Both the position numbers and the translations under genes were made by a program. Below, one piece after another: positions 22,712-29,400 of a stretch of DNA of 32,000 nucleotides. Origin of the DNA: Flavobacteriaceae bacterium (GTDB lineage: Bacteria > Bacteroidota > Bacteroidia > Flavobacteriales > Flavobacteriaceae); the NCBI GenBank assembly GCA_965224465.1, contig OZ245049.1, forward strand, positions 720,001-752,000, given 5' to 3'. A model generated the notes under the pieces. The model saw only the letters and a program-made list of their open reading frames with translations. It did no database searches and was not told the origin of the DNA. Numbering within the stretch: the stretch's first letter is position 1; each line of letters begins with the position of its first letter.

Positions 22712-25282
22712 TTAGTTGCCCACTAACTCAGCTGGGCTACTGTGGTTTACTGGTTCACTCATTGTTGCTTTTATATCTTCCAAAGCCTTGTCTAATGCTG
22801 TTTCTATACTGTTTTTTAAGTTTTCGTATTCTTCCATATTCAGTAATTCATATTCGTAACCTCTTGCTCTATTCCCTCCAATTACACTTAAATATCCGTA
22901 TCTATTCAAATCTGATAAGTGCCTATTTAATGTGGTTGGTGCAAAACGATATGTTTTTCTGATTTCTTTGCTGTAAAAACTCTTTTTTTGATGTTTGGAT
23001 AGATAAGTTTTAAGCAGCTCTAAAAAATCCCTACACGCTTTTGTTAGTTCATCACTCTTTGCCAGCAATACAGTTTTTAGTAATTTATTGGCTTCTTCAA
23101 TATCTTCTAAAGTAGTTTCTATGTAGTAGTTTCCTTGTTCGTCTTTTTTACGCTCTCTTTGATATTGATGATAAAATGTAACTGTTTCAATGAATGATAA
23201 ATAATGTGTATTGGTTCTTAATGGTTTAAAAACTGTTTCGGGAATATTTAGCTTTGTTGCATAGGGATTTACAACTTTTACTTTCTCTAATAACCATTGT
23301 ACATCTTTCAAAAATTCCCTGGCATTATTTTCTTCTTTCTTGTTGATTTTTCCTGCTGAACTATTTTGTTGATAGCTCATAATGCCCTCTTTTTGTTGTT
23401 TGCTGTTGTCTAAATAAATGAGTAAACTTCTATTGGCATTATCTTCATAAATCTTTTCTTTGGTGGTTGTTCCGGCTAAACAAATTGGGCCTTCTACTGT
23501 TAAGGTGATTGTCTTTAGATTTCCTTTAGCATCTTTTATTGGGATTGTTTTACTTATTTTTCGTTTACTCATTAACTCACGAATAGCATACAGAATCTTA
23601 TCATCTTGTGCTCCGTCTAAATCTTCAATTAGTATGAGTTTGTTTTTAAGTTCTGTTCTGTCAAAATAGTAAAGTGCATTTTCTGATAATGCGGTGATTT
23701 CTAATTTATGTTCTTCCGGTATTAACTCACTTATTTTTTCTTGTAAATAGGTTTTTCCTGTTCCACTTGCTCCTAAACTTATGATGTGTAATGGTTGTTC
23801 TCTTAATCTACTTGTAAAAACCAAATACATTAATAAACGGTTATTTTCTTCTCCAACCATTCCAGTTTTACCGATAAGCTCATTTGTCTTTTGGAGTAGA
23901 CTTTCTCCTTTTAAAAACTCAATTACTTTTTGTTTTCTTAGCTCGGTGAGTTCTCTTTGTTTCTTCTTTTGTGGTTTCTGTGAGTCAACTTGTCTTAATC
24001 TGTAATCTTCTAATCCGTTTATTAATTCTGCTATTGCGTATTGTATTTCACGTGTACCTAATTCTAATCTTTCGGCTACTTTTCTTATAAATTTCTCTGT
24101 TGCATCATCATTGTACAGGTCTAAATTACTTTGTCTGATGTTGTAAATAGGGCTTGGATTGTCGGTTCTTGTTATTCTTAAAGTAACTTTTAATTTATCT
24201 AAACTGAATAGGTTTATACCGCCTAAAACAGCTATTAGAATGTTGTTATTTTGGTAAGTTATGTATTCTGAGTTTTCTGTATTTAAGCGGTGAGCCACCG
24301 CAGGCAATTCTTTTTCCTCTTGTATAAATTCAGTTTCTGAGCCGTATAAATTTACTCTTTCGCTTATTAAATGCTCTAAAATACTTGGTTCGTGAGATTG
24401 TACCAAGCTGTTTACATCTTCTCCTTCCGGACAATTAATTTTACTTATGCTTAGATTATTGAAGAGTTGATTTAATTCTTTGGAATATTTATCCGTGGCA
24501 TTGCCACCTGCTTCATCCCCATCAAAAAATAGGATTACTTCTTTTAAATTTTCTAACTTTAATAATACCTGTTTGTGTTCTTCAGTAAATCCGTTTGTTC
24601 CATAAAGTGCAAGTGTTTCAAAATTGGTGTATTTCTGAAGTGTGGCACTATCAATTATGCTTTCTGTTAATATGATTACTTGCGTTTCTTTGCTTGGATA
24701 TTTTGGATAAAGTCCTTTTCTATTAGTTGTGTAATAATGTGTTCCTGTTTTCCCAATGTTACGACCATAGAAACTAACAATTTCACCTTCTTGGTTTTTC
24801 AATGGGTATATAATGCAATTATTCATTCCTTTAAATAATTGGGTGCCACCCTGTGGCTTATAGCCTTGTTCTAATTTTACATCATAAATTCCTCTTTCTT
24901 CTAAATAGGTTATTGCTTTTTTACTTCTGTGTAGGCTTTGTTTGAATTTTGGGAACAACTCTTTAAAGTTTATAATTTCAGTTTCTTCAAGTTTAGTATT
25001 CATAATTTTTAATTCATCATTCGTAATTCCAATAAGGCTTTTCGCCTTATTGATAGCTTTATGCTTGGTACACTTTTCTATTTCTTGTATAAATTGTATC
25101 GTATCTCCTGTTTTATCGCAACCAAAACAAGTGTAGGTATTTGTCTCTGGGTAAATTCTTAAACTTGGTTTTTCATCTTTATGGAATGGGCATTTGCAAT
25201 GCTTGTTTTTATTCATTGCAATACTGTACTCGTTTAGTACTGTAACTATGCTTAATTGCTCTTTAATTTGCTTGATTTCCAT
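22712..25282 (-). CDS. DNA primase (CHC2 + TOPRIM) fused to a P-loop NTPase
   Basis: CPFHKDEKPSLRIYPETNTYTCFGC, ILTESIIDS, FFDGDEAG, GASGTGKT, LILIEDLDG. Confidence 0.85.
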   Translation of the reverse strand: MEIKQIKEQLSIVTVLNEYSIAMNKNKHCKCPFHKDEKPSLRIYPETNTYTCFGCDKTGDTIQFIQEIEKCTKHKAINKAKSLIGITNDELKIMNTKLEETEIINFKELFPKFKQSLHRSKKAITYLEERGIYDVKLEQGYKPQGGTQLFKGMNNCIIYPLKNQEGEIVSFYGRNIGKTGTHYYTTNRKGLYPKYPSKETQVIILTESIIDSATLQKYTNFETLALYGTNGFTEEHKQVLLKLENLKEVILFFDGDEAGGNATDKYSKELNQLFNNLSISKINCPEGEDVNSLVQSHEPSILEHLISERVNLYGSETEFIQEEKELPAVAHRLNTENSEYITYQNNNILIAVLGGINLFSLDKLKVTLRITRTDNPSPIYNIRQSNLDLYNDDATEKFIRKVAERLELGTREIQYAIAELINGLEDYRLRQVDSQKPQKKKQRELTELRKQKVIEFLKGESLLQKTNELIGKTGMVGEENNRLLMYLVFTSRLREQPLHIISLGASGTGKTYLQEKISELIPEEHKLEITALSENALYYFDRTELKNKLILIEDLDGAQDDKILYAIRELMSKRKISKTIPIKDAKGNLKTITLTVEGPICLAGTTTKEKIYEDNANRSLLIYLDNSKQQKEGIMSYQQNSSAGKINKKEENNAREFLKDVQWLLEKVKVVNPYATKLNIPETVFKPLRTNTHYLSFIETVTFYHQYQRERKKDEQGNYYIETTLEDIEEANKLLKTVLLAKSDELTKACRDFLELLKTYLSKHQKKSFYSKEIRKTYRFAPTTLNRHLSDLNRYGYLSVIGGNRARGYEYELLNMEEYENLKNSIETALDKALEDIKATMSEPVNHSSPAELVGN
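24287..24306. repeat. The same 20-nt element (unit D primase)
   Basis: Offset of 7581 from 16706. Confidence 0.75.
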
Positions 25283-25447
25283 CTTTTCTAAAATTATTTG
25301 AAAAAAGTTTTATATACCTATTTGCTACAAAGGTAACAAATAGGTAATAATTAACAATACTTTTAGATTGATTATTTTTCAATAATTACCCTATATTTGC
25401 ATACAGAGAAGCAATAATGCGATAAAACAAGCTAATTATATACCTTT
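25283..25447. promoter_or_regulatory. Divergent primase/XRE control region (copy of 17693..17857)
   Basis: -7 boxes at 25328..25335 (minus strand) and 25392..25399 (plus strand). Inverted repeat at 25316..25324 and 25337..25345. Confidence 0.45.
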
Positions 25448-25786
25448 ATGACACTTGGCGAGAATATGAAAATAGTGAGAATGCAAAAGAAAATGTCACA
25501 AGCTGACTTAGCTAAACTTGCTGATGTGCATCAAAAAAACATTTCTAAGTATGAAAATGATGGCGTTATACCATCTGCTTTAGTTTTAAAAGAAATTGCT
25601 CGAGCTCTTGGGGTTACTACCGATTTTTTACTCGGTAGCCAAAGTGATACCGTAATTAAAGACGTGAAACTGCTAAACTTCTTTAAAGAAATAGATAATA
25701 TGCCTGACAACCTAAAAGGTTCTTTAGTACAGGTTATTGAAGCGTATGTACAGAATTATAAAGCTAAACAGGCTTATGCAGAATAA
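25448..25786 (+). CDS. XRE/Cro-C1 family HTH transcriptional regulator
   Basis: Differs from 17858..18196 by one residue (K vs E at position 8). Confidence 0.85.
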   Translation: MTLGENMKIVRMQKKMSQADLAKLADVHQKNISKYENDGVIPSALVLKEIARALGVTTDFLLGSQSDTVIKDVKLLNFFKEIDNMPDNLKGSLVQVIEAYVQNYKAKQAYAE

Positions 25787-26429
25787 ATTTTACACTTTAA
25801 AACCTGCAGTAGACACAAAAGAGACTGGAAATATTTTCCCTGCTGTAGAGAGTTATGAAGATTATGATTTTAACAGCTCTAATTCTGTACATAACTTAGA
25901 TTCGGATAGCTTCCCTGATTTTACGCCTGATATTCGTCTTAAGCTTGCTAAAGGCGCAAAACTTTGTGACGTTATGGGACAAGGCACCATTAGTGCTTGT
26001 GGATTATTGATAAGTCAAAATGTAAAAGATGTTTTTGAAAAATTTAACTTAATTCCACATAGGTATTTTGATGCAACTATTGAAGATAAAGGTGTAATTC
26101 ATAAATACTATTGGGTACATTTTGTTTGGAAAGACGCGATAAATCATCTTAATTTTGAAAACAGTAAATTTCAAATTAATGAATTTGGCGATAATCTTGG
26201 CGAGATAAAAATAAGAAATTATAAAGAACTACTTGAAAAGCAAACAGAATATGGATTTATGAAGACTATTTACAATTATGAAACAGAAATGTTTACTGTA
26301 AATTCTAATTTATTTATTCACCCATTAAACAAAACGATTTATGTATCAGAGAAAATTTATAATTCTTTTTTACATAAATCGCTTAAAGGAATTGATTTGT
26401 CACTAGCCCCAAATTTATTAATGAGGTAA
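25776..26429 (+). CDS. Putative immunity protein for the AHH nuclease tip (possibly DUF1629/Imm11-like)
   Basis: Identical to 18186..18839. Converges on, and overlaps by 12 nt, the 3' end of the full-length toxin gene. Confidence 0.5.
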   Translation: MQNKFYTLKPAVDTKETGNIFPAVESYEDYDFNSSNSVHNLDSDSFPDFTPDIRLKLAKGAKLCDVMGQGTISACGLLISQNVKDVFEKFNLIPHRYFDATIEDKGVIHKYYWVHFVWKDAINHLNFENSKFQINEFGDNLGEIKIRNYKELLEKQTEYGFMKTIYNYETEMFTVNSNLFIHPLNKTIYVSEKIYNSFLHKSLKGIDLSLAPNLLMR

Positions 26430-29400
26430 GTTTAAATCTAAAAGATTTATTCTACCTGATGTTGCATTTATCTTATTTTCCAAAGAATTAGATAATCCTT
26501 CTATATATTGTTTCGTCAACTGAGGGTTTAAGTTTTTGTTTTTTACTCCATTGACTACTTGTTCACCCCACCAATTCAAATGTTCTCCTATTTGATTTGT
26601 ATAACTTGGATGTGGTCCGTGCTTCCCTAACCTTGTAGCTTTAGAATATTTATCTAATCCCATACCATTAGTAACCCCATTAAAGTCAAAACCTCCTTCA
26701 ACTGCTTTTTTAACAGTTGCGTTTTCTTTCAATAATTGAACAGGAAATAAATGATGAGCCTCTTGTCCTGACTGTATTCCTGATATTGTACCTCTTAAAT
26801 CACCTCTATGTTTAATAGTGTTTTTTACAATTTTAGAGCCATAAGATGACACATCTTCAACAAATCCAATACTACCATCTGCATTTTTCACAAAACCACC
26901 TCCGATAATTGTTTCACCTGAACTGGTTTTAACTGAAGTCATTCCTGTAATAGGTGTAGTATTATTTCCTGTTGCTTTAAAAAAGTCATCTGATATTTCT
27001 AAAATCTCATCCGAACCATTTTTAACCACTCTTGCTATCTCATCACCATTTTGTGCTGTGATTTTTACAACATCATCTATTTTGTTGTAATTTAAACCTA
27101 AATGAGCCCAATCATCAAACTTACTTGCAAGCTTTGGAAATATAGAAGCAATATCACCCACCGTATTAGCCAAAAGTCTTTGAGAAGTCTTTGAGATATC
27201 TTCAACTAATTCATCAGGTAGTTTTTCAGATGCAATCAAGGACTTATTAAATTCTAAAACATCATCTGCACTTCTTTTCAATGCTTTCCCTAATAAAGCG
27301 TCTCCACTTAATGATACTATTTCTAACACAAACAGATATGTCCGCATCTTTTTACACAAATCTGTGTCACAATCAGAATATTCTAAAGCAGTCCCTAAAG
27401 TCCCACTTGAAACTTCTACAGCTCCTACAAAAATTTTTAGTGTTTCTAATTTTTTTAGTGTCTTTAGATGCCTTAGGTGACGAAGTTTCGCCAAATTCCC
27501 AACTCCAGAAAGGGTTGAAATCACATCTATAGTTAAATAAATACCGTTTTCAACATTACTGGTATAATTTTTAGATGCAATAGCCTGTAATATGAATAAA
27601 GGTAAAACAGGAGATTTATCTGGGAAATTAAAATTAGTATCTATTTCTAGGTAATTAATTAAATTTACAGGTTGATAAATACCAAATTCACCTATAAGAC
27701 TTTCTGTTGTAAATTTATTTGGCATAGCTCCATACATGCCATTTGTTGCACTCCCAACATATTCAGTTTCATTCTTTATAACTTTTATCTGAGCCGCGTT
27801 CTCGTTTAAATACAACTTATAATCACTTGTATAAAATCCAACTAGTTTGGAACTTGTATATGGGATTACTTCAAGATTTTTTTCTAAATTATTTTTAACA
27901 TAATTAGACTCTTTCCAAATATAATACAATGTATGGATGTAAGTGGTGAAATTATCATCTCCTCCCCAATCATCTAACTTCTCAAATATTTTTCTATAAA
28001 CAGTTTTTCCTTCAATTTTTTCAGAAAACAACCCATCCAAAAATTTAGTTTCATCCTGTTTTCCAAGTCCTTCAATAATAGTTAACACTGCCTTTTCTTC
28101 GTTAACCAATCGCTCATCAACACCACAAATTAACAAGCCTTTTAATGCATTCCATAACTGTTTATTATTAAACGTATTGGCAATATGAAAATTTGGGATT
28201 TCTGCAAAGTACAAATCGATGTCCCCACAATCAGGTAAGTTATCTGTAATGTAAGGAAGGTATTTTTTATCTAACCAAGAAATAATATTCTTAGATACTT
28301 TTGTTCTTGAAATACTAGAACCAATAATTACTACTTTATCAAGGTCTATAATATTATCTTTTACATAATCCTCATATGTCATGTCGGAGGGAATACCTAA
28401 CATCTCCTTTGCATCCTCTTCTGTTGCAATATCTTCTTCCTCGATTTCGATATTATCTAAAGTAATATTATCACCATTTATCCCTAGTGTTTTACAAAAA
28501 TTTTCTATATCATCGTGATGGTCAAATTGAAATACAAATTTATTACCCAACCCATCGGATAATTCAAGTTTATAGAATATATCAAAAACATTGAACAGAA
28601 ATAAAAACCTACTCTTCTTTACTTTTAAAGACTCTGATTTATTATCTATACTAATTTGTGCTATATTTCCACTAGGTTGCTGGACAAGATTAAAATTTAA
28701 ACCTGTACTCTCAAATATATGATGATAATAACCACGAAGATTACATGGAATAGAACCATTTACTTTAGAAGAACTACATTTTTTAATTTGATCTTTCCAT
28801 TCTAGATTAGTTTTTTCTCCTGCATAAGTTTTTTTAATATGGTTCAGAATCCGATCCATTTGTTCCTTTTTATAAGAACTTGAAATACTTTCCCCTTCAC
28901 TATCCCCATCAAAAATCCCAATCCTCAATTTCGGATTGTGTATGGCTTTCCAATGTACATAAGGTAAATTCTCTCCATTATTATAATCTAGTAACCAATT
29001 GGTACTTCCTGTAGCATATTTATAACTATGCGTAGAGAATGGATGTTTTAGCTGGAATGCACCGTGGGCGAGTTCGTGTGCTACGGTTATCCCCCCAGCC
29101 CCCAAAGGGGGAGAATTTGCGGTAAAAATATAACCGAATTGTCTGCCTAGAGGCATTAAACCACTTTCTGTGTTGCTATTTCCGCTGGCATCCACAGGCT
29201 GTTTGTCTGTTAAGATTAAATAATAAGCTTCAGGGTTAAAGTTACCATGCTCTTTTAATGCCTTATTTATACTACGCTGTTGCTCTGTGTATTGCGCTGC
29301 AAAGCCACTTTCTCCACTTTTTATAGTGCCGTCTGGTGTTAGACTGTTTAGGGTCGCTGTAAAATCGTTAATTACAGAAATATTTAGGCTAACTGCTGCT

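Larger units (their letters stand above)
19584..27173 (-). mobile_element. Unit D (7590 bp): AHH module fused to the large toxin gene, immunity, XRE, primase-NTPase, two recombinases, yefM-yoeB, non-coding region, leader
   Basis: The upper boundary is the abrupt end of homology at 27173|27174. The lower boundary is the equivalent point at 19583|19584. Confidence 0.45.

Noticed and set aside
1-27173. The periodic repeats as a CRISPR array or as IS/transposon copies
   Set aside because: The period is about 7.5 kb and consists of full gene sets, not 25-40-nt repeats with spacers. There is no cas gene, no DDE or serine transposase, and no terminal inverted repeats with target-site duplications.
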